Assembly: GCA_040954595.2 (NCBI GenBank)
Contig: CM082581.2
Coordinates: 2,906,699-2,970,698 of the forward strand
Direction: 5' to 3'
Length of the DNA stretch: 64,000 nt
Source: Balanoglossus misakiensis
Taxonomy: Eukaryota > Animalia > Hemichordata
Positions 11,701-24,691 of this stretch are shown piece by piece; within the stretch, counting starts at the first letter, position 1, and each line of letters begins with the position of its first letter. The position numbers were made by a program, and so were the translations under genes. The notes under the pieces were generated by a model, which had not been told where the DNA came from, did no database searches, and was given only the letters and a program-made list of their open reading frames with translations.

Positions 11701-14700
11701 TTTAATTTTGTCTCTTCTTTCCACCCAATTTGCTGTCTCTTCAAAATCTCGGGCACAGACTATGGTTGCCGCCTCTGTCTGTTGTTAGGACCGCACACTG
11801 CCTTGTGGCATTGACTGTATACAATTTTTGTAACCAGAGTCTCTGGTTTGGCAAATGTGCATAAGACGATTGTTCCCCTTTAATGTTAGACAGTTTATAA
11901 TAATAGAGTTATATACACAACAAGGCTGCATGTGGACGTTGTATTGAACTCCCCAATCACAATATGTCACACAACAACCTTTCATCCAAACATATCCATA
12001 TTTTGTGATCAATGTAATAATACTTTGCAGGTGAAAGGAATGAATACGTTATTTGATTTGAGAGTCCAAGTCAACGTTGGTGAAACTTTACTTGTTGGAG
12101 TTGCTGTAAGTATATGTTATTCTACAATCAAGCATGTTTTTTGTGGTACTATGATGTGCAAATAGTTTTGTGTAAGATTTTAGATATTTTTTTATTACAA
12201 GTAGGGGTTACCTTCAGCTTTTCACGTAATATACTCATATTTGGAGAATAGTAATAAAATACTTAATCCATTATACAAAATTTTGTTTTTAATTTTTTCC
12301 AAAAATGACCTTTTTGGGGCAATAAATGCCAAAAAGGTCTAATTTAGCTTGGGTGAGGTCAATCAGACTTCTTTTTTGGAAAATCCACCAAATTGTACAT
12401 AGAATGGGCATATCATATGTTATATGATCTCTGAATGTGAAGAAAACAGTTTGATTTGGGGGGGGGGGGGGGGGAAAGTGGCCAAAATGGCAATTTTGTC
12501 TTCAGTGGGGTCAGTGAGACAGATTTATTTTTGAATCAGCACCGTTTTTTACTTAGAATGGACTTCTCAAACCTTCCCCTTACGAAAAAAATAAGGCTTC
12601 TGGCGCACAGTTGTGGTAAACTTACGGCAACTTTGCGGCGAATATACCGCGGGTAATGCATATTTTCGCATGCAAATGAGCTGTTGCGGCGCACAGTTGC
12701 GGTAAACATACCGCAAGGCACGTATGCCAAAACATGGTTTTGCGGCGTATATACCACAAATTCTGCCCTTTTGCTATTAGTGGACCAGAAGAGGTTTTGC
12801 AGTGTATATGCCGCAAAAAACTAGCTTGCTAATAATTAATCCTTACTGTGGCCCCTTCCTAGCTACCAGCCACCCATGAAAAGAATTGCCAATCTATCCA
12901 TTCTGTTCTGAAGTTTGCAATGACACATACTTCCCAGTACATGTGTCTTGGTTCAGCAAATCTTAATTCTAACTAAAAAAACAATAAACACATAGTACCA
13001 TAATGCAATAATAGATGGCATTAACAAGGCTGATTCATTCATGTATGAATTGACCTCTACACAAGTTGACTTCTATTGTATAATTATTTGCAGACTGGTA
13101 CAGCTGTGTACCTTGCAGCATTGCCACCACCAACACTGTTGAGAGTTGCTAGTAAGGTGAGAATGCTTTCATTGTTACATCCTCGATGTTTATGCAGTTG
13201 ACATGTATGAACCGAGCAGTTCAAGTCTTTATATGCAGACTCTGTGTGAAACGGCTGATTGGGCCATCTCGATTTGTTTTGTTCATTCGTTCATTTATTC
13301 ATTTCTACTTTGGCATGTTTATATGGTTTCAACTATGGATGTGAAGTAATCCAATTAAACTGATCAATTAAACTAATCATTAATGGTAGAAAAATTCCAC
13401 ATGAGAAAGAGAAAAACAGGCTGTGTTAGCCGGAATATTGTTGACCAAAAAGGCAACAAGATACAGGGGTGGGGGGGGTATTAGTGCACAAAAGTGGGAT
13501 TTCCTAAATCATTCAGAATCCTTCAATAAAAATGAGAAGATACATGATATTATGGACACTGATTTTGTCTTTTCGTGTTAAATACCTAATCTGATTAAAA
13601 TTCTTGGCTGCTCTGAGAACAGCCAAGACAGAGAACAGAACAGCCAAAACGATCACCAAAGCAAGGTTAATTCATATGTGGGTATCTACAATTCATTAAG
13701 CTAGTTGAACTTAATGAGTAAAATATGTGCTAATTATTACATAGCTCACCAATACTCAGTATTTGACTGGCACTCTAAGACTGGACTGAACCTTGACCTA
13801 CCTATGGCTCAGGTATCATATATGTTCTGGTCCCTTCTGCAGGTTACCAATAATGATATTGTCCTGGCTATTTTGTTATTGAACACAAATCACTTGAAAG
13901 TGGGAAATGTCACAAAGGAAATCAGTGTGTTTTTCAGGAAACTCGAAATCCTGAGATTTTATGTACCTTTAGAAAACACTAGTACTAAACTTGAAAATGT
14001 ATCTTAATTTCTTTTTGCAGAGTGTGATGGCAGGCAGTAGCAAGAATTTATCTGAAATCCAGAAGAAAATTGTAGAGATCACTGACAAAAATCAAGAGTT
14101 CTACAGTGTTAATAAGCCAGTGAGTATCAATTTCTGTGTATTTTCATTTCTTGAGTGTGTTGGTTTGAAGTCACTTTTCACCAGTGATATATGATTGTCA
14201 GATATGAATCAGTGTCAGAAAGTCTATCTTTGTGTGTGTGTGCTATTTCATGTTATAATATACCTCATGCGAATACTGTGTCGTGATTCGCCAGAATCCG
14301 TCACGTGATAGAGAAATTGAATTGACTATGAATCCCTAGGGAAATAGCAGAAAAATTATAAAACGGTCACGTGACCAACATGAGTTAGTTAGCATGAGGT
14401 TTATTATAAAACACCTATGGCCTGGCCTATATTTGGGCCATAGCAGCCGTTTTTACCCCCTCGTGACTGTGAGTTACCAGAATCTTATGCTATTTCCCGA
14501 GGCCGTAGGCCTCGGGAAATAGCATGTGATTCTGGTAACTCACAGTCACGAGGGGGTAATAAACAGCTGCTATGGCCCTCATGGCCAGGCAGTAGGTGTT
14601 CAATATGACTGACAGGAGAGAAAGTGTCAGTAAAACCTGAAGACTATTGTTGGGTCCACACGACTTGACACAGCTCTTTTGGGGGGACGGTCACCCTTAC

Positions 14701-17700
14701 TATCCTGTACACATAACCCATATGGTTTGTGTGGTTAGTAGTTCAGTGCAAATTTGAATAACACGTTGGCCAATCACAGCAAATGTTACATGTCATCTTG
14801 GCAGCATCTGCATGGCACTCTGTTGTCAGATGATCAGTTAGGAGTATACAATAGACAAACTATTTTCATGCGAACCTTCCCACAGCACTTGACATTGAAT
14901 GATATTTTTGAGGTAAATGAACAGAAAACGATGGCTCGCTGAAGGTAATTATGTCTACCATGCAGCGCACCATTTCAAAATGACTTCTATTGCTTAGTTA
15001 CTCACAGGCCATTTCCAATAGCGTGATGGTGCATGTGAGACATGCTAATAGCCTATGAAGGCCATGGGTGTTTAAGAAAGTTTTATCTGTCTCCAATCAA
15101 CATAGTGTTCCCAGTGAAAATGGCTGATGACATGATGTCCAACCTTTTGTTTCAGTTTCCTGAAACCATTGGTGATAGCCCTGAAAGTTCCAGAGTTCAG
15201 AATAATGGAGATGTAGATGATGCAACTGGTGATGATGTGACAGAAATGAACTTGTTGTCTGCAACCAAAGAAACATTTGTATTGGTAATTGATGATGCTG
15301 AAGATGAGGACATTGTCTCTTTGATCTTAGATCCAGAGATACCAAAAGGTAAACACACATTGTCTTGTACATCTTGAAGAAACAGACATCCATACAGAAA
15401 CCATATTGTACATTTTAATTCCTTATTGATAAGGTTTTATTGGGTCCCATTGGTATGTACTATGGGACCTTATGGGATCGGTTTCGTCTGTATGTATGGA
15501 TGGATGTATGTATGTCTGTATGTCCGTCCACATCAAAAACTTGAAAACCGCTGCGTGTATCACCTTGAAATTTGGTGTGCAGATGCAGGCTGGGCTGTAG
15601 ATGGGAGTTTGTTCAAATGAAGTTGTGATTGCCAAAAATATGCAAATTAGCTGGGAAAATGTGAATTTGGTCAAAACTCGGTAACCCAAGAACTACTGGA
15701 CAGATTGCTTTGCAAAGTAGTGTGTATTTACTTTATTGAGTTCTTTGTAATTATGTCCAGGAACCCCTTCCTGTGATGTATATACACAGCAAATTCCTGC
15801 ATGATTACATAACTTTTAAGAGACCAGCTGTTTTATTAAGTGTATGTACAGTACCTATGCCATTGGCAGCGTATGGGTCAGTCAGTGTTTGCCCATTGAT
15901 CTCTCTCTATATGTACGTGTGTGTCTGTCTGTCTGTCTCTGTATATGGCCATGTACTCCGGTGAAGACTTTTTCTTGTGTAATCCCTCAATGGGACCACC
16001 GTGTCCTTGACGCGATTTTTATAATTATTTTCTTTTAAAGGTGCGACTTTCAATCCTTGGTTCCTGCCTTAGGAGGTGCTCCTCCTAGTCAAACATTAGG
16101 CTAGGTGCGATGTTTAACTTACAGTTCATTAGTTACACAGTTGGCTACCCCTATTTACAGAGAAGTTCGGCCTTTAATGCCATATTTTTCATGTTGTAGG
16201 TTTTGATTTATGCAGTACAGAAGTGTACCCTGGCAACAAAGCCTTGACTAAACAGCTACAGGTATGAAGTAATTGTACTTCTTCAAATTCAATACCAGTA
16301 TCATGACAGAAAACCTCACAAGAAAGTACAAGTTGCAGTCCAAACACGGTTTGCAAAAAAAATTCCAGTATCTTTGGTGTATGTGAAGTCATAGAAGCCC
16401 CACAAGCTGCCATATTTAGTATATGTATTTAAAAATTGGCATATAGGATCCTGCCCCTAAAAACTCCAGCAAATACAGTAGGGGACCCGCCCTTTTGAGG
16501 CTTGGACCTCTAAAAAACACATAGTACCACAGTCCCTAAAGAAAGACCGTATGTGGAGTGACTGTGGTTATACCAATAGGGGACCTGCCCTTTTGGGGCT
16601 TGCGCCCCTAACAAGTGTGTTGCACATCAGTGTATACAAATATATCTACCTGTTCTATTTGATTAATGCTCCCAATTGCCTTTAACCCTATGAGGATTGT
16701 CATTTTACTTCAGATGTTCAGTGTTGTATACAGACAGACTTTCAACTTGATAGAAACTCCGAATAACAGGAAGTTGGCAGAAATCTTTGACAAACTGATA
16801 AAGGTGGGTGAAATAAAGTTGTTATCGCATAAAAGAAAGATAATTATTGTTGTAATGATGATTGTGATTGTGATGATGATGTTGATGAAGTTTTGGTCTA
16901 GAATTGTGAAATTCCTTATTTTGCTTCTGAATGAATTCCTTTTTTGAAACTTTTTGTAGAATACAAGATATTCATCAGAGTATGAAATGTCACAGTTTTG
17001 CAGAATCACATTTATACTGTGGTATTTTCAATTCTAAAATTAAAAGTGACCGATGAGCAACTGGCTGAATGAATGAATGAATGAATGAATGAATGAATGA
17101 ATGAATGAATGAATGAAGTTGATATTTGCTTGTTTTGATATTTAACAGATGGCATGTTTCAAGCTCCGCAATATGACACCATGCTGTTTATGTGACCTCC
17201 ACTTTGATGTCAGGATACCTGAAGATGATCAGATACAAGTAGGACTTTTTACTTCTGTCTGTCATGCATTGTTGCTCAGAATAATTTTTATTCTCCCGTG
17301 TCATATGAAATACGAGAGGGGGGATATCCATATAAGCTGTCAGGGTTTAAGGCGCGAAACATTTGATTTTGTGGGGGGGGGGGGGGGGGGGTCAGGATGG
17401 AGTGGCACTTTTTCATTCACTGATTCGGCCACTGTTGCAGCACATTTTCTGTTCTATGGCCAGTCCTATTTTGTACTGTAAGCTTTGGACATTGGGGCTG
17501 TGTATTGTAACCTATGCTGCAAAATTTTCCATTGCTAACCTGGTGACTTACAATTACTTTTATCGGATCCTTGGCTGTATGTTTGTATGTTTGAAATTTG
17601 TCATTCTGAACAGCGATACATTTAACTTGTGTAGGATGGAAGGTGACAGAATATGGGTGAAATTGTCCAGTCATCTCTCAGAGAAATGATGAAGAAAAAC

Positions 17701-20700
17701 TGGCAAAAATGAAAGTGGGAGTAAATTGAACATGTTTAAACCACACAAAACTCAATTAGACTTTGGTGTCAGGAAGGCTTTACTAAACTACAGAATCTCA
17801 TCACTATTAGACTATAATTCTATATCTACTGCCCCCATACTAAATGCATACAAAATGCAAAAGACAAGCAAAACACAATCATATCATGAAAGATGACATT
17901 GTAAAAAGACAAGCAACTACAAGGCAGAGGGATGGGAGGGTGGGTGAAAAGCAAATCGCTATTACAATGTGAAAGCAGCGTGTACGAGCAGTGCCGCCTG
18001 AAAAAGTACTGAGCCAAGAGGCAGACGGTAGCCTTCCCTGATTGGCTGAAAGTTGGTCATGTTAGGGTCACAGAGCTGTAAACATCGCTCGAAGATCTAC
18101 TACGTTTTCACCAGCTACCAGCTCTTACCTACATTGTATGTAACTTCTGAAAACTTTCTGAACATTGTTCTTGTTATTGGGCAAAATTTTCAATACCTGG
18201 TTCTTGCATTAGTGGGTTCTCCTCCCAACCCAAACATGGGTTAGTCACAATGTGTGATTTGTCATAACAGTAATTACACACTGATCTCAACCTTTTGTCG
18301 CCTCAGTTAAGTCATAGACAAATGATCAGTATCCAGCTGGTGTTACAGTGTTTCTACATCACTGTGCCTTGTACCATACAGAACTATGGATTTGTTGTGA
18401 GTGAATTGCCTGTGCTTTGGTAAAATGATGAAGTGTCACTCAAAAAAGTTTACATTGACTTCATTACACATAGAAATCAGTGTTGTTTCAAACTGTATAA
18501 GAGCATTCTATTCCATAGCAATATGTGTGTGCGAACCATTGCAGAATTGTCTGCAAAGATTTGCTGGCAATTGTAATCTTGTTATTGACAGCTACAGATC
18601 ATTTGTGTTTTCGGCTTCACAACTCTTTGATTTTTATCGCTGTTTTGGTCGATTTTTTTAGTGACTTGTGTTCTCTTACGATTGAGAATTCTCTTTTATG
18701 AGTGATCACCTGCACTCACTTTGACAAGAAAGATTTACCTTGGAGTTGTCACAAATTTTTACACTGAAGAAGGATTGGAGTCTTGATTTGATGTGCTTAT
18801 GATGGGAACATTTATGGATAGCAGTGCTCTTGGGAGTGAAAACAAATTTATGGTAGAGCATTGCACACAGTTGGCCTTATTTGATCAACATCTCTGAGAT
18901 GCTCAATTTGGCATGGAAATATTCTGTACATATTACGTAATATTGTGTGTGTGTGTGTGTGTTTATATACTTGTCTCAATAATTGAAACATTCTTTTGGA
19001 AGGATTTGGATATTGCCAAGTGCTTGCTTGCTGCTTGAATTGATGGGTGGGTCTGGGTTGGAATCACATATAATACAAATGGATTCCTTGTCAACCTTCC
19101 AGATTTGGTTAACTGCCGCAGCTGCCTCAGTGGAGAAGAGAAATTACGGTCAATCATCTGCTGGTAAAGGTGAGCTAAAATGTTGAATTTTCAGCGATTA
19201 CTTGAAAGAGATACAGTACTTGTAACTAGAGTGTCATTTACCCTGTGAGGTCCCCACTTTAAATTCAATCAATTTTCAAGAATCAATGCTATGCATGATG
19301 TAAGGCCAAATAAAAAAATATGTGCTGTTCCAATTACATGCATAGGGCAGGTATGTAGGGACATGTTTTTATTTTGCTTTTTTTTTCTGGCCGCTATAGT
19401 GCAGAAGAATGACGTCATAGTCCTTGCGTGATGCGTGAGATGTTGTCATAGTTCTCCCGTGATGCGTACGATTTTCATTAATTTTGTACATTTGACATTG
19501 TTATTTTTACTTACGAGTTTACGAAGCTCTAAAAACTTTAGGGCTGGCGGGTTCAAATTAGGGTAGGTCGGGTAATCGGAACAGCACTTACTTTTTTTAT
19601 TTCAGCCTAAAAATAATTGATAATCAATATATTTGATTTGATTTGACAGCTACGGGCCCTCTTGATTCCGATCTTCAGTTTGCCATGGAGGAATTATCCG
19701 ATCAAAGTAGTCATCTGAAAGCATTTACAGGTAAATCTAAAGGTGTGTATGACATTCTACTAACATTTTAACTACAACAATCACCCACAAGCAATGAGTG
19801 TATGCACTGTCAATAACAACTGTAAATGACTGATGTTAGGGCCCTGTTTCGTGTTCTGTTTCACATAAGTACACACACTAAACTTCTTGGAACAAGTTTT
19901 ATGTTAAAGTTTGTCTTAGGATGATAGAGAAGGCAACCATTAGTTTAAATAAAAGTTGAATGAACCTATCAAGAGTTTGTGAAGTTATTCAATGTTAATT
20001 GTTTGTAGTTAGTTGACTTTGTGTTTTTGAAATGCAACAAGGTTCTTGGACCTTCATATGAGCACTGCTTTGCGAGACTGAAGACAATCATCCATGTAGC
20101 TGATGTGAATCTTGGTGATGTGTGTGCATCTCTAATGAAATTATGAATTTATTCTTTCAGCTCATAAACTGCCGAGATTAGAGAAAAGAATGCAATGCAT
20201 TGTGAGTATTCTTAGATAGCCTGCTTCACAAACTTCTATAATTGAACAATTTTGACATATTGTTCCACTCGTTCTGCTATATTGAGTGTAGATCCACACT
20301 GAAATTTCATTTGTTTTTCGCTCAAACTTTTGTTAAGACTGCTTCAACGTCTTCACTCACACAAAAGCATTTTGAAACATGAAATACTGTTATTCATTCC
20401 TGTTACTACAACTTTTGAGTAGGCTGCAACAGCTGCCAAACCAGCAACACGGCATTTCTTCGATTCCAGCAAACACGTTATCTTTGAAAATGTAACAATA
20501 TTACAAGTTAGGAGACAAAGAGGCGCCCCATCCCAATCAGAGGCATTTCCCTATGCGATTTGGATATCAAATGTATATCTAGTGAATTATTAGTAAGCAG
20601 TGCACTGTTCTTTCTCCAAAAAGTATACAATACGAAGCATCCAGCATCAGCTGAAATGGAATAAGCATGTTTTGGTTGACGTTTTATTCAACTCTGATGA

Positions 20701-23070
20701 ATTTATTAAGTAAACATATGACTAACCATTTGGTACCAATTATGAACATTTCGGTCTGTGGGTGTTAACTTGCCATAATCAAACCCTGGTGCATTTCTTG
20801 ACTTCCTGAATTGCTGTCGTGACAAGACTGATTATACTTAACTGTGATGTTCTCACCACATTTTCAGAAAGATTCAGTGTATCGTCCAGGTGTTGAAATC
20901 ACCCCATTGTGTTATGTCCCTGGAGCAACTATTGACAGATATATGGGTAACATTAATCTCTATTTCATTAGAGAAAGTACATCAGTCAAGGAGGTAAGTA
21001 CCTCAGAGAGAGGCATATAGACAGACAAACAGGCAGGCAGACTAAATAGATAGACTTGAGGGGGTTGCAGAGATAGACAGAGCAAGAAAGAGACAGGCAC
21101 ATACTGTAAAACACTTTATTTTTGCGAGTTGAAATTTTTGTGATAACAAGAGAGACCACTGTTTCGCGAGTATTATTTTTTGCGTTCTCTTATTTCATTC
21201 ACTGCATCGTTATCTTCAAAAAAAATATGTTCACACTATTTTGGCTCTTGCGTATTTCGCGAAAATTTATTGCTCACGAAAATAAAGTGTTTTACAGTAC
21301 ATGGATGCACAGAGAGACATGCATGCATGGCTACTTCCTTTCTCGCACAATATTTTATCTGCAGCACTTTTCTAGTTTTTACATGATCACTCTGACTCAT
21401 GATTGAGAAGTAAAGTGGTTGTATGTGACATCTCAGTTTAACTTCTGTAACATAGCTTTACTGTCGTTCCCATCTGGCTTCGAACGTTCATGTTGATCTA
21501 AATGTTATCACACTTGTGTAATTGGTTTGTGAAGTTGATTCCAACTTTGCTACAGTTGTTGTACAGTTTATATGCTTTGCGGCAAACACAAACAGGATTA
21601 ATGGTTTCTTACCCGGTAGGATGCTTCGATGCTTCGCCAGTTTGTTTAAATAAGACAATAAAACGAGTAGTATTCCCGCGAAACTTTTACCACACACAGG
21701 GCTATTAAATAAAGTCAGGGTAGCGCCAATCAGTTGACTCGTTTTATTGTCTTATTTAAACAAACTGGCGAAGCATCGAAGCATCCTACCGGGTAAGAAA
21801 CCATTAATCCTGTTTGTGTTTGCCGCAAAGCATATAAACTGTACAACAACTGTAGCAAAGTTGGAATCAACTTCACAAACCAATTACACAAGTGTGATAA
21901 CATTTAGATCAACATTATCGTTCGAATCCAGATGGGAACGACAGTAAATGTGCCAACTTGATTGTTGGTTTTCAGTAAGGTAAAACAAAAGGTTTCATAC
22001 AATGTAAATATTCAGTGACTGCAAGATTTATTGTGATAAATTCTCTTTTTAGAGTGAAGCCAATGTATTAAAAAATTATCCTAACTTTGTATCATGAAGG
22101 GTATTTACTTGAACTAAGTTCATATCAATTTCTTGTTTGTATATTGGTAGGTTGGTGGTGTAAGTGGTTTTTTGCATAGTTTTGTGTCCGAAGTACAAGC
22201 TATGGTGAGATCACATGTGCTCGCTCTTGGTGGAAATGCTATTGTAGCCTATGATATGATAGAATGTGTACTCAATGAAAACCCACATAAAAATCAGGTG
22301 AGTAAAGAATAGCCAACAAACTGAAATTAAAAATTACTGGACAATAAGAAACATAGCATTCATGATATTGCTTGAATGCAAATTGTATATCACCACAAAT
22401 TACTCTGGATTCTCAAAATTATTCCATGTCCAGTATACCATATTATTATACACCTACTGCTGTAAACCTATAATTCTTAATTGTAAACAATAATTCTCAG
22501 AATCAAAATACAATAAGTATGCAAATGGTGACGTAGAGTCCAATAACACCTGGGTTATTGAACTACGGTATCTATAGGTGTAGAACATCCAGTGTTAATT
22601 CTAGGACTGCAAAACCAAGAGCCATTGTGGGTTCCTACCCTTGTGTGAAGGGGCCATCTGAGAAAACAGGCGGCCATTATGAATGACATTATTATGAATT
22701 ATGTCTTAGAGTACATCTTCGTTAACCATGACACGAACAATATGAACTGTAGTACAGGGGACAATATCAGATTCACTGTGAATAACCTTTATATTATTCA
22801 TCCAACCTATTGTACAAAGTTTGATAACTTCCGTTTTCGAGGAGGCTTGATTTAATGTGTTAATTATATGAACACTGAATTGTATATTTTTCCTCTTCCT
22901 CCCATCCACAGTGTCAGTGTCTGATCAATGTTACTGGTGATGCTGTGCGTGCAATACATGACTTGGAACTGCCAAGCTTTTCAGAGCAGGAGTCCTATGA
23001 ATCATCCAAACCGGAGACCATCCCAGAAAGTGCCAAAGAAATAGACAAGGCAACCAAAGAGAGTGTGTGA
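2774..23070 (+). CDS. C2CD5: C2 domain-containing protein 5 orthologue, 3' part (19 coding exons; 5' exons including the C2 domain lie upstream of the window)
   Basis: GT-AG exons with consistent phases: 2774-2888, 6514-6593, 7725-7821, 8684-8800, 9109-9256, 11061-11114, 12031-12105, 13094-13156, 14021-14119, 15156-15348, 16200-16261, 16714-16803, 17149-17238, 19103-19169, 19650-19730, 20161-20201, 20868-20993, 22151-22297, 22912-23070 (TGA). The peptides DEPETRDAWWTEIR..HAVVGY, ICVLSASGTAAV, CHIPY, VPDILFTT, GKGCLLQARICRSKKKAQGEANA, LPFMEYE, FIRESTSVKEVGGVSGFLH and NPHKNQCQCLINVTGDAV match vertebrate C2CD5 as I recall it, in collinear order. Confidence 0.93.
3959..4149. mobile_element. Small TTAA-flanked MITE (Kolobok-like) inserted in the LINE
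   Basis: ttaa|aggtatacggtcacct ... aggtgactgtatacct..ttaa; a homologous copy lies at 36069-36284. Confidence 0.7.
4275..5010. mobile_element. TTAA-flanked MITE (Kolobok-like) inserted in the LINE RT region
   Basis: ttaa|GGTGGCATTGCACGAAA ... TTTCATGCAATGCCACC|ttaa; the LINE reading (APTVK|SLRKLI) resumes across the insertion. Confidence 0.8.
6145..6239. repeat. GC-rich ~95-bp hairpin, probably the end of a non-autonomous element starting near 5560
   Basis: ctttacagccctgatacgggttttgcggccc-TC-ggtcgta...tacgacc-TC-gggccgcaaaacccgtatcagggccgtaaag. Confidence 0.75.
7919..8255. mobile_element. TTAA-flanked, largely palindromic MITE (Kolobok-like)
   Basis: ttaa|AGGGACAAAGTC ... GACTTTGTCCCT|ttaa with internal inverted arms; a related fragment lies at about 1-110. 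Confidence 0.75.
10371..10542. mobile_element. MITE with TAGACTCTCTCACAGCCC TIRs and a 9-bp TSD
   Basis: Perfect TSD acgtgcata on both sides; further copies at 30216-31168 (TSD atgtcaatg) and a partial copy at about 37445-37529. Confidence 0.8.
14253..14606 (+). mobile_element. Double-palindrome non-autonomous element, copy 1
   Basis: Left module bounded by ttataatatacctcatgc...gcatgaggtttattataa, followed by a ~190-bp hairpin centred on gaggcc-gta-ggcctc; homologous to 48876-49222 and 58505-58962. Confidence 0.8.
15437..15730 (+). mobile_element. HINE/DINE-1-like (Helentron-associated) non-autonomous element fragment
   Basis: T-rich start, short palindrome ggtcccattgg..tatgggacc, then a GTAT/GTCT microsatellite; body shared with 7835-7910. 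Confidence 0.45.
17066..17116. repeat. (TGAA)n microsatellite
   Basis: Direct observation, just upstream of the exon at 17149. Confidence 0.95.
19303..19608. mobile_element. MITE with ~35-bp imperfect TIRs (PIF/Harbinger-like TAA flanks)
   Basis: aggccaaataaaaaaatatgtgctgttccaattac ... gtaatcggaacagcacttactttttttatttcagcct. Confidence 0.6.
21104..21297. mobile_element. TA-flanked MITE (Tc1/mariner-type TSD)
   Basis: ta|ctgtaaaacactttatttt ... aaaataaagtgttttacag|ta. Confidence 0.75.
21457..21948. mobile_element. Foldback element with ~210-bp near-perfect inverted arms and a ~70-bp spacer
   Basis: Arms 21457-21667 and 21738-21948; the mirror ORFs 21488-21697(-) and 21747-21947(+) share the same peptide; ta|ctgtcg...cgacag|ta ends. 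Confidence 0.9.
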
Positions 23071-23414
23071 AGACCATTACAGTTTGAATGTCACACTTGG
23101 GGAGAAGATGGGTTGAATGTCATAGTCAATGGAGGCCCAGCTATACCTGTGAATCATGCTGAAAGCCAACACAACTGACAGGACTGGTTATTTTATGAGT
23201 TAAATGTATACTATAGAGTTGTTTTAATCAAATTTTTCACAAACTTAGAGTCGAATTCCAAGAACTGAAATGTTTTGTCTGTTGGGTACCACTCTGAAAA
23301 GTTTCGTCTGGTGTTGTTTTCTTAAACCAATTCACCCACGATTAGAATGGTGAAGTAGTGAACATCTTCATACAAACAATGCTTAATCAACTAAACATCT
23401 TTCTACTATGTACA

Positions 23415-24691
23415 AAATACCAGCAACAAACAGTAAACTGTCAACATCGTATTTCTTTCATGCCAGCAACGCGTTATCTCTAAAATTGTAACAACGTCAC
23501 AATTTAATAGACAAAAAGGCGCCCCCCCCCCCCCCATCCCAATTGCGCAGTTGAAGTACGTGCGTGTTGAGAGAGACACGTGAACAGAAAGGAGTAGGAG
23601 ACTCGACTCGAACACGGACGACGAGAGTTGTGTAGCGTGTCGAATGCTGCTCTATGAAGCTCGTAGTTACCTTCTGACCGGGACATTTACGCTTGAACAG
23701 ACTAGGTTCCTCCCACTTCAGGTCGGTAGATTCCTGTGAAGCAGAGATGTGAATTTTGCCGTTCCTAGTGCCGCGGGTTGCAGTGTATCCCGTCTGTTGA
23801 ACTTTTTTTAGAGATTGAGATGAGAATTAGCAGTGTAGGATAGAGACGACATACCAAACTGCCATGTTGTATTCTGAATTTGTGTTGAAATAAATACAGC
23901 GGAAGAGTTTGAACCGCATTGCTATGCAGACTGATAGTGTTGAGGCAAATTCGGGCGTGCGAGGCAGCCGCTAACCTTGCAACGATCACCCGGCCGCTTG
24001 AGAACTTTCTCGACCTACGCATGAACTTGTTGTTTGTGGCAGCAATCGTGACAGGTTACGTTGTTTGAAAAAAACGTTGACGCGTCATCGCGCCCAGCAG
24101 CGGACGCCACGTGAATTTTTTTCAGATCTGGCTTTTTCAACGTGTTTGTTTGGCGTTCATGATTTAGTATATATCCATGTTCTTGTTCCGCTATTTCCAT
24201 TTCGAAAACCCCAAAGTTTTAAACGTGTACACTTTGACTAGAAAAGGCCTCAGACACCTTCATATGCTGTCCGGCAGCCGGGATGGGATATCCGACCGCG
24301 GTGCAGCTCAAAGTGGCGTGGAGCTGGTCATGTTGGGAACAGTGCAGCCAGCCGGTGGATCGACGTCCCACACTTTCATACCCGCCGGCGTGCGGCAATC
24401 GGCAAGAACCCATCGGGAGGACGAACCCAGTCCATTCAAGCGCAAATGTCCCGGTCAGAAGGTAACTACGAGCTTCGTAGAGCAGCGTTCGACACGCTAA
24501 ACAACTCTCGTCGTCCGAGTTGGAGTCGACACGTCTCTCTCAACACGCACTACTTCAACTGTGCAATTGGGATGGGGGGGGGGGCGCCTCTTTGTCTACT
24601 AAATTGTGACATTGTTACATTTTTAGAGATAACGTGTCGGAGGAATCAAAGAAATACGGTGTTTCTAGTTTGGCATTTGTTGCAGCTATTT
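23415..24691. mobile_element. ~1.3-kb foldback element with ~290-bp imperfect TIRs just downstream of the C2CD5 stop codon
   Basis: Arms about 23415-23715 and 24415-24691 (mirror ORFs MSRSEGNYEL[H/R]RAAFDTL on opposite strands); an arm fragment also occurs at about 20430-20540. Confidence 0.8.

Noticed and set aside
12575-12830. Short repeated gcggtaaa/ccgcaa motifs resembling an array
   Set aside because: Irregular spacing and mixed orientation in a eukaryotic intron; more likely subterminal repeats of a decayed DNA transposon than a CRISPR-like array.
21488-21947. Two ORFs with the same peptide on opposite strands
   Set aside because: A by-product of the foldback palindrome; no protein motif.
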